Origin: Deltaproteobacteria bacterium
GTDB lineage: Bacteria > Desulfobacterota > Syntrophorhabdia > Syntrophorhabdales > JANXAF01
DNA length: 64,000 nucleotides
NCBI GenBank assembly: GCA_026417175.1
Contig: JAOADT010000004.1
Coordinates: forward strand, 29,519-93,518
Direction: 5' to 3'
Shown here: positions 1-7,889 of the stretch, piece after piece
How positions within the stretch are numbered: the first letter of the stretch is position 1
Layout of the letters: each line of letters starts with the position of its first letter
Translations under genes and position numbers: made by a program
Notes under the pieces: generated by a model
Told to the model about the DNA's origin: nothing
Seen by the model: the letters and a program-made list of their open reading frames with translations, nothing else
Databases searched by the model: none

Positions 1-1751
1 CCGATTTTTTTCATTTTTTTCAAGAAATCGCGAAGTATACTGGCTTCTGGCGCGATCATAAGAAAATTGTACGCTTTAAAGAAGCAAAAAAACAAAATTC
101 CAGAGAAAAGGCCAAACAAAATCATAAGACGAATCAGTTTTCCATCTACTTTAAACTGAAGCTTTTTATTTGTGAGACTATGGCCGATTGAGTAAAAAAG
201 AGAGATTTGTCTTTCCAGATCGTAGTTAACGACATGTACCGTCCAATAATAATTAAGCGTGTCAAAAATGAGAGTAGCCATTTTGATAATTGTACTTCCT
301 GGATATGTTTCATTCATAGCTAATAGGTTGACTGTAGGGTCAAATCTTATCCATCCTCTACCTTTTATGTAAACCTCTGCCCACGTATGAGCGTTTTTCT
401 GCCTCACGATGTAATATTTACCCATCTCATTATATTCACCGCCTACGAATCCCAATACAAGTCTTGATGGAACATTTGCTACTCTTAACATTAGGACAAA
501 AGCAGACGCAAAGAACTCGCAATTACCTTTTTTATTCTCAAATAGAAATTTTTCCAATGCGTTATTACCTATAGGCAGATCTTTTAGAGAGTATCTATAC
601 TCACCGCTTGTGAGAAATTCGTAAATACGTCTCACCTTTTCTAAATCCGAACGTGACCCATTGACTAGTTCCGCCACAAGCTTTTTTATGCTTTGCGGAA
701 TGTTTTTCGGAACTTGCACATAGTCCCTTATGTTTGTCACCTCTTCGGAAATTACGTCGGATATTTCAGAGAGCACTGTATATTTCAATCTCTCACCTTT
801 GAAATTGAGAAGTAAAAAGGTGTGATCTTGGAACTCCTTAACTTTGTCAAACATGAAGTATATCGGTTTTTCTAAAGATATAAGGTAGGGCGGGTTTTCC
901 ATTTCAAAGACGAAGGACTGTTTTATCAGTCTCCCTCCTTGATAGGTCGGCTTCCGAGCACAACTCTTATTTCTTCTAGACCATTTTTCTCCATCAAAGT
1001 AATCGAGCACCCAACCTCTCCAGTAAAGATTAGACTCATCTATTTTTTCCATTTGCACACGGAACGCAACCTTTTTGTCCTCATAAACTTCGTTAAAGTC
1101 CCCTAGTCTTAATTGATCTTTTATTCCTGTTTTTGCTATAGAGGAACCCTTCAAAAAATTAAAAAGGGGATAATCGGTTCTAGGAAGAATAAAAAACAAT
1201 AAAAAACTCGCGAAGGTTGAAAAAAGAAATATTAAAACGGAACAGATGATAATCTTTTTCACCAAGGATGTGTGCAGAAAAATATTGGGGGCCTCTCTCT
1301 GAAAGGTCAAAAAAACGGCTGAGAAACTTAAGAAGATGATAGTAAACGTGACATAAACAAAAAAGATTATGTCTAATGAAAGAAGGGCTCTTGAGGCAAG
1401 TAGAACAAGAATCAAAACATATATTTGTAAATAATCTCTAGATGTTTTGTATTCTAGAAATTTTACCCCCGTGAGGAGAAGCCCCGCCATTATCCCCTGT
1501 TCTACAACATTTTCGAGCTTTATCCATCCAAGAGCTAAAATCAGAACTCCAATAGATAAGAGATTCAAAATGAATCGTGGGGGATAGAGTTTCTTTCGGT
1601 CTACGTAGAGAGAAAAAAGAACAAGCATACCGCTTGCTAGAAAAAATTCTTTTTTCACGTATCCAAAAAGGCTTACCCAAACAACCACAAATGAAAAATA
1701 GGTAAGGGTTTTGACTATGGTTTCTGGGTTCGCCTTTTTAAACGTTTTCAT
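1..1751 (-). CDS. Transglutaminase-like membrane protein (TgpA-like), partial; C-terminus lies beyond window start
   Basis: Absent from the ORF track because it has no stop in the window. Manual minus-strand translation from ATG 1751..1749 stays open to position 1. N-terminus MKTFKKANPETIVKTLTYFSFVVVW plus several hydrophobic helices. Also YWRGWVLDYFDGEKW, then the transglutaminase core GNCEFFASAFVLMLR ... AHTWAEVY ... IRFDPT (Cys-His-Asp). The start overlaps the DUF58 3' end by 14 nt. Confidence 0.85.
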   Translation of the reverse strand, partial: MKTFKKANPETIVKTLTYFSFVVVWVSLFGYVKKEFFLASGMLVLFSLYVDRKKLYPPRFILNLLSIGVLILALGWIKLENVVEQGIMAGLLLTGVKFLEYKTSRDYLQIYVLILVLLASRALLSLDIIFFVYVTFTIIFLSFSAVFLTFQREAPNIFLHTSLVKKIIICSVLIFLFSTFASFLLFFILPRTDYPLFNFLKGSSIAKTGIKDQLRLGDFNEVYEDKKVAFRVQMEKIDESNLYWRGWVLDYFDGEKWSRRNKSCARKPTYQGGRLIKQSFVFEMENPPYLISLEKPIYFMFDKVKEFQDHTFLLLNFKGERLKYTVLSEISDVISEEVTNIRDYVQVPKNIPQSIKKLVAELVNGSRSDLEKVRRIYEFLTSGEYRYSLKDLPIGNNALEKFLFENKKGNCEFFASAFVLMLRVANVPSRLVLGFVGGEYNEMGKYYIVRQKNAHTWAEVYIKGRGWIRFDPTVNLLAMNETYPGSTIIKMATLIFDTLNYYWTVHVVNYDLERQISLFYSIGHSLTNKKLQFKVDGKLIRLMILFGLFSGILFFCFFKAYNFLMIAPEASILRDFLKKMKKI

Positions 1752-2499
1752 AAAGTGCAAGCTCCTTAAGCATCTCAAAGATTCTCACCTTTTTCAAAGT
1801 CGGCTCAAAAAATCTACCATTTATCTTTAGGCCTATGGGTCTCTGGTTGTATCTGGCTTCCACTATTGCGTATGTTACCAATTTTATTTTCTCTTCTAAG
1901 TCATCTATCGGGATCTTATGGAAGTCTATAACGAGTGGTTCAAAACCCATAGAACCAAGCTCCTTGATCTTTAAACTCTCCGTCTTTGCCGAGGCCTTCC
2001 AATGGATGAGTCTCGGAGAGTCTCCGTAAGTGTAATCTCTGAGCGAAATGATTTCCGTTTGAATTCCGAGTGTGAGACGCCCATTATAGTTTTGAAAAGA
2101 GTTCGAATTCACAGTATAGAGACCAATAGATCCCTTTTTTAACTCGGGAAAAACAATTATATGTGAGCCGTTATCTATCTTTCGATATCTAGTAAAAAAA
2201 CTAAACGGAAAGATTGAAGAAATATAGATTTTAGAAAAACTATATACTCCTCTCTTTTTGAATACCCAAGGAATGGCGAAAAACCTGGTTTCCCCACTTT
2301 CTATATAAGGGATTAGAAGCTCCTTATCCTCTACATGAAGTCTCAAAAGAAAAGACGTCAAGAATTTCTTTCTGTTTTTCGCGACTATTCTCAGTATAAA
2401 AGGGGATTTTGCATAAACTTCAGCCGGAAATATGATCTCCAATTCTATGCCTTCGAGATTCCTTTTCCCAAAGAAACCAGATACAGCCATAAAACCCAA
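1738..2499 (-). CDS. DUF58 domain protein (MoxR-associated)
   Basis: Motif RDYTYGDSPRLIHWKASAKT is typical of DUF58, and the gene sits directly downstream of the MoxR ATPase. The first canonical start is TTG at 2499, but the conserved N-terminal helix continues upstream in frame (see finding). Confidence 0.85.
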   Translation of the reverse strand: MGFMAVSGFFGKRNLEGIELEIIFPAEVYAKSPFILRIVAKNRKKFLTSFLLRLHVEDKELLIPYIESGETRFFAIPWVFKKRGVYSFSKIYISSIFPFSFFTRYRKIDNGSHIIVFPELKKGSIGLYTVNSNSFQNYNGRLTLGIQTEIISLRDYTYGDSPRLIHWKASAKTESLKIKELGSMGFEPLVIDFHKIPIDDLEEKIKLVTYAIVEARYNQRPIGLKINGRFFEPTLKKVRIFEMLKELALYENV

Positions 2500-2606
2500 A
2501 AGTATGGCATCTATGAGATAGAGTAGATTATTGCCAGTATTAACTGCGGCAACACCAAAGAGAATTGTAAAAAATATGTATAAGATACCCGATTTAGTTA
2601 TTTTTA

Positions 2607-3530
2607 TTACAGGGGGAGTGGTATCTCTTCTATTAAAGATCTTACGAACTCCTTTTTGTCTATATTTTCGTATTCTGCTCTAAATAGCAATCTATGAGGA
2701 ATAACATATTCGGCAAGCTCCTTTATATCCTCTGGAATAACAAAATCTCTTCCGTGAAAAAAAGCATTGGTCTTGGCGGTAGAGACTATCGTCAATGCAC
2801 CTCTTGTGGACAATCCAACATATAAATAATCATGCCTTCTTGTAGCGCTTACAATACTTAATACGTAATTAAGAATCTTTTCTGACACATATACTCCTTT
2901 TTCTATCTCCTCCTGAATTTTCTGGATTTCCTCTTTCTCGATTAAAGGTTCTATATTTGAAATTTCATCCCGTTTTGGACCAACTCTTAAAATCTCCTTT
3001 TCATCTTTTTCTTCCGGATAACCTATTGAGATCTTTATGGCGAATCTGTCAAGTTGTGAATCAGGAAGGGGAAATGTACCGAACTGTTCTAAAGGGTTCT
3101 GAGTAGCTATTACACAGAAAGGCCTTGGAAGTTTATGAGTCTTACCATCGACGGTCACCTGTTTCTCCTCCATTGCCTCAAGAAGTGCACTCTGAGTTTT
3201 AGGTGGAGCTCTGTTGATCTCGTCACATAAAACTACGTTGTTAAAGATCGGACCGGGCTGAAAATTGAAATAACCTAGATTCTTATCGTAAACAGAAATT
3301 CCAGTTATATCAGTTGGTAAAAGATCACTCGTGCATTGTATCCTTCCAAAGCTTAACCCAAGGCACTTAGCAAGGGCAATAGCAAGCGTGGTCTTTCCAA
3401 GTCCTGGCAGGTCTTCGATAAGAAGGTGTCCTTTAGAAAAAAAGGTGAGAAGTGAGAGTTTTAGAGGCTTTTCTTTGCCTTGAAGATGTAACGCAAGTCC
3501 ATCGATAAGTTTTTTTATTCTTTCATTCAC
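2607..3530 (-). CDS. MoxR-family AAA+ ATPase
   Basis: Walker A GLGKTT, Walker B VVLCDEINRAPPKTQSALLEAMEE, about 307 aa, followed by DUF58 and transglutaminase genes. Confidence 0.92.
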   Translation of the reverse strand: MNERIKKLIDGLALHLQGKEKPLKLSLLTFFSKGHLLIEDLPGLGKTTLAIALAKCLGLSFGRIQCTSDLLPTDITGISVYDKNLGYFNFQPGPIFNNVVLCDEINRAPPKTQSALLEAMEEKQVTVDGKTHKLPRPFCVIATQNPLEQFGTFPLPDSQLDRFAIKISIGYPEEKDEKEILRVGPKRDEISNIEPLIEKEEIQKIQEEIEKGVYVSEKILNYVLSIVSATRRHDYLYVGLSTRGALTIVSTAKTNAFFHGRDFVIPEDIKELAEYVIPHRLLFRAEYENIDKKEFVRSLIEEIPLPL

Positions 3531-3609
3531 TTTGTTTGTTATTATATCACAAAGACAAATCCGCTATTGTTTGCATTTTTTAAAAAACGTGGGTAAATTA
3601 CTCCGAAAA

Positions 3610-4047
3610 ATGAAGGTTTTATTAAAAATAGTTCTTATTTTTTTTGGTCTACTTATGTATCTCTCATTCGTACAGGCTACAGACTATGATGAGGAACTTA
3701 AAAGGGCAAAGAGGGAAAATAAGCCCATCCTGCTTTATTTTTACAACAGGTATTGCCCGTACTGTGATATGATGGAAAGAAACGTTATCCTCGATAAGTC
3801 GGTTAAAAAAATTATCGATAATCATATTGTGTTTGTGTGGATAGATGGTGATAAAAGAAAGGATCTTATGAGAAACTACGAAGTCTTTGGGTTCCCTACT
3901 GTGATACTATTAGAACCATCAGGTAAACCTATTTCCTCTGTTCCAGGATATATACATAAGGAAAATTTTCTTAAGATTCTCGAGTACTTAAAAGATGGAC
4001 ATTACAGAAAAATGTCCTTAAAGACTTATCTTCAAAAGAAAAAGTGA
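3610..4047 (+). CDS. Secreted thioredoxin-fold thiol:disulfide oxidoreductase
   Basis: Signal-like N-terminus MKVLLKIVLIFFGLLMYLSFVQA and a CPYC (CxxC) motif in thioredoxin-like context. Translationally coupled to ccdA. The ORF-track start 3532 is a TTG extension; ATG 3610 is preferred. Confidence 0.8.
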   Translation: MKVLLKIVLIFFGLLMYLSFVQATDYDEELKRAKRENKPILLYFYNRYCPYCDMMERNVILDKSVKKIIDNHIVFVWIDGDKRKDLMRNYEVFGFPTVILLEPSGKPISSVPGYIHKENFLKILEYLKDGHYRKMSLKTYLQKKK

Positions 4048-4751
4048 TGAATTTTGGATATTCTTTTTTGGCAGGCATTCTTTCTTTCTTTTCTCCTTGT
4101 GTTCTTCCTCTTCTACCATCCTATCTCGTATACATTGGTGGTATAAATTTAAATGATACTTTTTCTTTCAATGAAAAGAGGAGAAGTTTAGTTCTACATA
4201 CGATTTTTTTTGTTTTCGGATTCTCCTTAGTCTTTATCTCATTTGGCCTTGCAGGGAACATTTTAGGTAAAATGCTCATACATTATAAGACTTACCTTAT
4301 TCTGTTTGGAGGCCTTATACTTATCTTTTTTGGGCTTTTTATTATGGGGATTCTTAATATTTCTTTTCTTGGACGTCATATATCTCTGAATATAAAGCAA
4401 AGACATTCTAGTCTTTTTGGTTCTTTTTTTGTTGGGCTCGCCTTCGCGCTCGGATGGAGTCCCTGCATAGGTCCGGCTTTGTCTTCGGTTTTAATTTTGG
4501 CCCTTGGTGCGGAAACTACTTTAGAAGCTCTGTTTATTCTTGTTTCATACTGCCTTGGTCTAGGAATTCCTTTTATTCTTTCTTCCTTTGGATTAGGAGT
4601 GGTTCTTTCCTATTTTCTAAAGATTACGAGTTTAAGTAGATACGTAAAGCTAATACTGGGAGCACTTCTTGTGGTTGTCGGGATAAGTATGATCTTGAGT
4701 ATCTACCTTCCCTTTACTCAGAAGTTTTTAAAGCTTCTGAATGTCTTTTAA
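4047..4751 (+). CDS. ccdA: Cytochrome c biogenesis / thiol-disulfide transfer membrane protein CcdA (DsbD-core family)
   Basis: Polytopic membrane protein with the two conserved Cys motifs FFSPCVLPLLPSYL and GWSPCIGP. ATG 4047 overlaps the upstream TGA. Confidence 0.88.
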   Translation: MNFGYSFLAGILSFFSPCVLPLLPSYLVYIGGINLNDTFSFNEKRRSLVLHTIFFVFGFSLVFISFGLAGNILGKMLIHYKTYLILFGGLILIFFGLFIMGILNISFLGRHISLNIKQRHSSLFGSFFVGLAFALGWSPCIGPALSSVLILALGAETTLEALFILVSYCLGLGIPFILSSFGLGVVLSYFLKITSLSRYVKLILGALLVVVGISMILSIYLPFTQKFLKLLNVF

Positions 4752-5310
4752 CGAATAAGACTCTTTGAAAAACGGTAATATGGGAGAGAAAAGCTAATAT
4801 AATCATGCAGTATTCTACGATACTAAAAATGAGTCCCACAATCAAAAGGATTGTCCTTTCTGGTCTCTCAAGTATTCCAGTGTCGCAGTTTAAACCTTCT
4901 GCCTGCGCTCTCGCTTTAACATAGGGGATGATCGCAACACCCACACTTGAAATTATCGTGATTACAACAGAATGTATATCCCTATTTAAGAGAAAGTGTA
5001 TTCCTATTCCGGACAAAACAAGAAGATCAGTATATCTATCAAGCACAGAATCCAAGAATCCTCCGAAGACAGTCACTCTCTTAGTCCCCCTGGCTAAAGA
5101 TCCATCGACAAGATCAAAAAATCCAGAGATGATTAGAAAGATTCCTCCTAATGCAAGATAACCAAAAACAACAGAAACAAAGCAACCTATTCCGAATAGA
5201 AACCCCAGTAAGGTAAGTACATTAGGGTTTATCTCCCTTTTAAAAAAGACTATTTTGTAAACCTTTATGATTAAAGGATCCAGTGAGTGACCTAATTTTG
5301 CACTTAACAA
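4714..5310 (-). CDS. CDP-alcohol phosphotransferase family protein (inositol-phosphate-utilising type likely)
   Basis: Motif DLVDGSLARGTKRVTVFGGFLDSVLDRYTD matches D-x2-DG-x2-AR...G-x3-D-x3-D. Membrane protein with a TTG start 6 nt after the stop of the myo-inositol-1-phosphate synthase gene. Confidence 0.8.
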   Translation of the reverse strand: MLSAKLGHSLDPLIIKVYKIVFFKREINPNVLTLLGFLFGIGCFVSVVFGYLALGGIFLIISGFFDLVDGSLARGTKRVTVFGGFLDSVLDRYTDLLVLSGIGIHFLLNRDIHSVVITIISSVGVAIIPYVKARAQAEGLNCDTGILERPERTILLIVGLIFSIVEYCMIILAFLSHITVFQRVLFVKRHSEALKTSE

Positions 5311-5316
5311 ATGATA

Positions 5317-6408
5317 TTATCTCTCCCTTTCTCCCCTTATAAATTCCTCCACCATTAACTTCGCCACACTGTCAGGGTACTGTTTTATAGGGTGTTTCAT
5401 CGTGTATGCTGATATAGATTCTAACACTCCGCCTATTTTTCTATCTCTTGCAACTTTACAGCACCTAATGGCATCTATTATGCAACCAGCGCTATTTGGT
5501 GAATCCTCCACTGATAACCTAAGCTCTAGATTCACCGGAATATCTCCAAAAATCCGCCCTTCCATTCTTATAAAACATACCTTATTGTCTAGTTGCCAAG
5601 GAACATAATCAGAAGGACCTATGTGAATGTTCTCATCGGGTAGTGGAAAATCCAATTGTGACTGAACAGACTCTGTTTTTGAAATCTTCTTTGATGTTAG
5701 CCGCTCTCTATTGAGCATATTCAAAAAATCTGTGTTTCCGCCGGTATTGAGCTGATAAGTTTTGTCTATCTTTACTCCTCTATCATTAAAAAGCTTCATA
5801 AGAGTTCTATGTATTATTGTAGCTCCTATCTGGGATTTTACATCGTCTCCAATTACAGGAATATTTTTCTCCTCGAACCTTTTTGCCCAGTTCTCATCAG
5901 ACGCGATAAAGACTGGCATACAGTTTATAAGGCTAACTCCGGTCTCGAGACAACATTCGGCGTAAAATTTTGTTGCTTCCTCAGAGCCCACAGGTAGATA
6001 ATTCAAAAGGATTTCAACCTCTTTCTCTCTAAGCACCTTTACCACGTCCACAGGTTTTTCCTCAGCTACAACGAACGTTCTGTGTGGGGGATAATCTTTC
6101 ATGTGGGGTGAGACCCCATCAAGTACAGGTCCCATCATAACAATTGTTTCGTAATGAGGTATGTCTTTGGTGATAATCTTGGTGCAGTTAGGAGGCGCAA
6201 ATATAGCCTCGTGTAAGGGCCTGTTTACTTTTCTTGCATCTATGTCGAACGCAGCTACTACCTTTATGTCCTTAGGCTCATAACCGCAAATGCTGTAATG
6301 CATTAACCCTATCGGCTCGTCTTTTTTGTCCGAATAATAGTGAATCCCCTGAATAAGTGAACTGGCACAATTGCCTACTCCAACAATTGCGACCCTTATC
6401 TCTCCCAT
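5317..6408 (-). CDS. ino1: myo-Inositol-1-phosphate synthase (short archaeal/thermophile type)
   Basis: N-terminal Rossmann motif IRVAIVGVGNCASSLIQGIHYY, and about 363 aa as in Archaeoglobus/Thermotoga-type MIPS. AGGAG Shine-Dalgarno upstream. Confidence 0.88.
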   Translation of the reverse strand: MGEIRVAIVGVGNCASSLIQGIHYYSDKKDEPIGLMHYSICGYEPKDIKVVAAFDIDARKVNRPLHEAIFAPPNCTKIITKDIPHYETIVMMGPVLDGVSPHMKDYPPHRTFVVAEEKPVDVVKVLREKEVEILLNYLPVGSEEATKFYAECCLETGVSLINCMPVFIASDENWAKRFEEKNIPVIGDDVKSQIGATIIHRTLMKLFNDRGVKIDKTYQLNTGGNTDFLNMLNRERLTSKKISKTESVQSQLDFPLPDENIHIGPSDYVPWQLDNKVCFIRMEGRIFGDIPVNLELRLSVEDSPNSAGCIIDAIRCCKVARDRKIGGVLESISAYTMKHPIKQYPDSVAKLMVEEFIRGERER

Positions 6409-6469
6409 CTTTCGCTCCTAACAAGATTAAGTTTTTTTAAAACATTTATCATGAAAAGTCAAAGAACTG

Positions 6470-7027
6470 TTACAAAATCTTATATTTTTCAATACCACTT
6501 ACGTATAAGTCTCCTCCATAAATATCATTTGCCACAAAGAGAGGCATCTCTCTCACCTCAAGCATAAATATCGCTTCAGGTCCCAAATCTTCAAAAGCAA
6601 CTATCTGAGAGGATACGACAAATTTAGAGAGTAAAGCGCCTGCTCCGCCTAAGGCAGCGAAGTAAACAGCTTTATTTTCAACGATAGCCTTTTGGACCGT
6701 CTCTGATCTTTTTCCCTTTCCTATCATTCCTTTAAGCCCCATGGACAAAAGTCTAGGTGTATAACTATCCATTCTAGAACTAGTTGTTGGTCCGCAGGCT
6801 CCAATTATCTTCCCGGGTGGAGAAGGGGTAGGTCCACAATAGTAAATTACCTCTCCTGATAACTTTATGGGAAGTTCGCCAGCCCTGTCTAAAATTTCCA
6901 TAAACCTTTTGTGGGCCGCATCTCTTGCGGTGAATATCCTTCCACTTAAGAATACTTTATCTCCTACTCGAAGATTTTCTATCACTTTATCCTGAAGGGG
7001 TGTTTTTATCCACTTCGCGTTTTGCAA
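6470..7027 (-). CDS. Class I (Fe-S) fumarate hydratase / tartrate dehydratase, beta subunit
   Basis: 185 aa with GRIFTARDAAHKR and GPTTSSRMD motifs of the Fe-S hydro-lyase C-terminal domain. Follows the alpha subunit. Confidence 0.88.
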   Translation of the reverse strand: MQNAKWIKTPLQDKVIENLRVGDKVFLSGRIFTARDAAHKRFMEILDRAGELPIKLSGEVIYYCGPTPSPPGKIIGACGPTTSSRMDSYTPRLLSMGLKGMIGKGKRSETVQKAIVENKAVYFAALGGAGALLSKFVVSSQIVAFEDLGPEAIFMLEVREMPLFVANDIYGGDLYVSGIEKYKIL

Positions 7028-7046
7028 CCTCTCTCCTCGGTTGAAT

Positions 7047-7886
7047 TCAAATTATCTTTTCTTTAAATCTGTGTGCATGACACTGGATCGCCACAGCTAC
7101 CGGGAAAGATGCAATATGGCATGGCATGGCCTTTATATGGACATCTAGTGCGGTAATTCGTCCTCCATAACCTTGGGGGCCTATTCCCAGTTTATTCACC
7201 TCGGTTAAAATTTCTATTTCCAATTTAGCTAGAAACAGATCAGGATTCCTCTTTCCATAGGAAATAAGAAGCGCTTCCTTCGCAAGAAGAGGTGCGCTCT
7301 CCAAATTTCCTCCGATACCAATCCCTATTGTAATAGGTGGGCAAGGATTGGGGCCACCCTTTGCTACCATTTCCACTACAAAGCTTTTTACTCCTTCAAT
7401 TCCGTCTGCAGGGGTAAAAACTCTCACCTCACTGTAATTCTCACTCCCTCCACCCTTTGGAAAAGCAATTATTTTGACCTTGTCACCCAGAACAATCCTT
7501 TCATGAATTATAGGTGGTGTGTTATCACCGGTATTCGTTCTTGTCATGGGGTCACAGCAAGAACCTCTCAAATATCCATGTTTGTACGCTCTTCTTACGC
7601 CCTCATAGATGGCATCTTCTAAACTTCCATCAACAAAATGCACATCCTGACCGATTTCTAGAAAAACAGTGGCAATACCTGTATCCTGACATATGGGAAT
7701 TTTTTCAAGTCTTGCAATCTCCGCATTCTTAAGTAACAATTCAATCACCTCTCTCCCAATATCCGAATCTTCCGCTTTTAGAGCTTCTGTTAAGGCCATT
7801 ATCTGATCTTCTGGAAGATGAAAATTCGCCTCTATAAACATTTCCTCTATCTCATCCCTTATCCGATTAACGCTTATCTCTCTCAT
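7047..7886 (-). CDS. Class I (Fe-S) fumarate hydratase / tartrate dehydratase, alpha subunit
   Basis: 279 aa with CQDTGIATVFLEIGQDV and further Cys residues typical of the Fe-S hydro-lyase N-terminal domain. Confidence 0.88.
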   Translation of the reverse strand: MREISVNRIRDEIEEMFIEANFHLPEDQIMALTEALKAEDSDIGREVIELLLKNAEIARLEKIPICQDTGIATVFLEIGQDVHFVDGSLEDAIYEGVRRAYKHGYLRGSCCDPMTRTNTGDNTPPIIHERIVLGDKVKIIAFPKGGGSENYSEVRVFTPADGIEGVKSFVVEMVAKGGPNPCPPITIGIGIGGNLESAPLLAKEALLISYGKRNPDLFLAKLEIEILTEVNKLGIGPQGYGGRITALDVHIKAMPCHIASFPVAVAIQCHAHRFKEKII

Positions 7887-7889
7887 CTT

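Noticed and set aside
1438-1680. An 80-aa minus-strand ORF reported by the track.
   Set aside because: It is a wrong frame inside the transglutaminase-like gene. The correct frame is open from 1751 to position 1 and carries clear family motifs.
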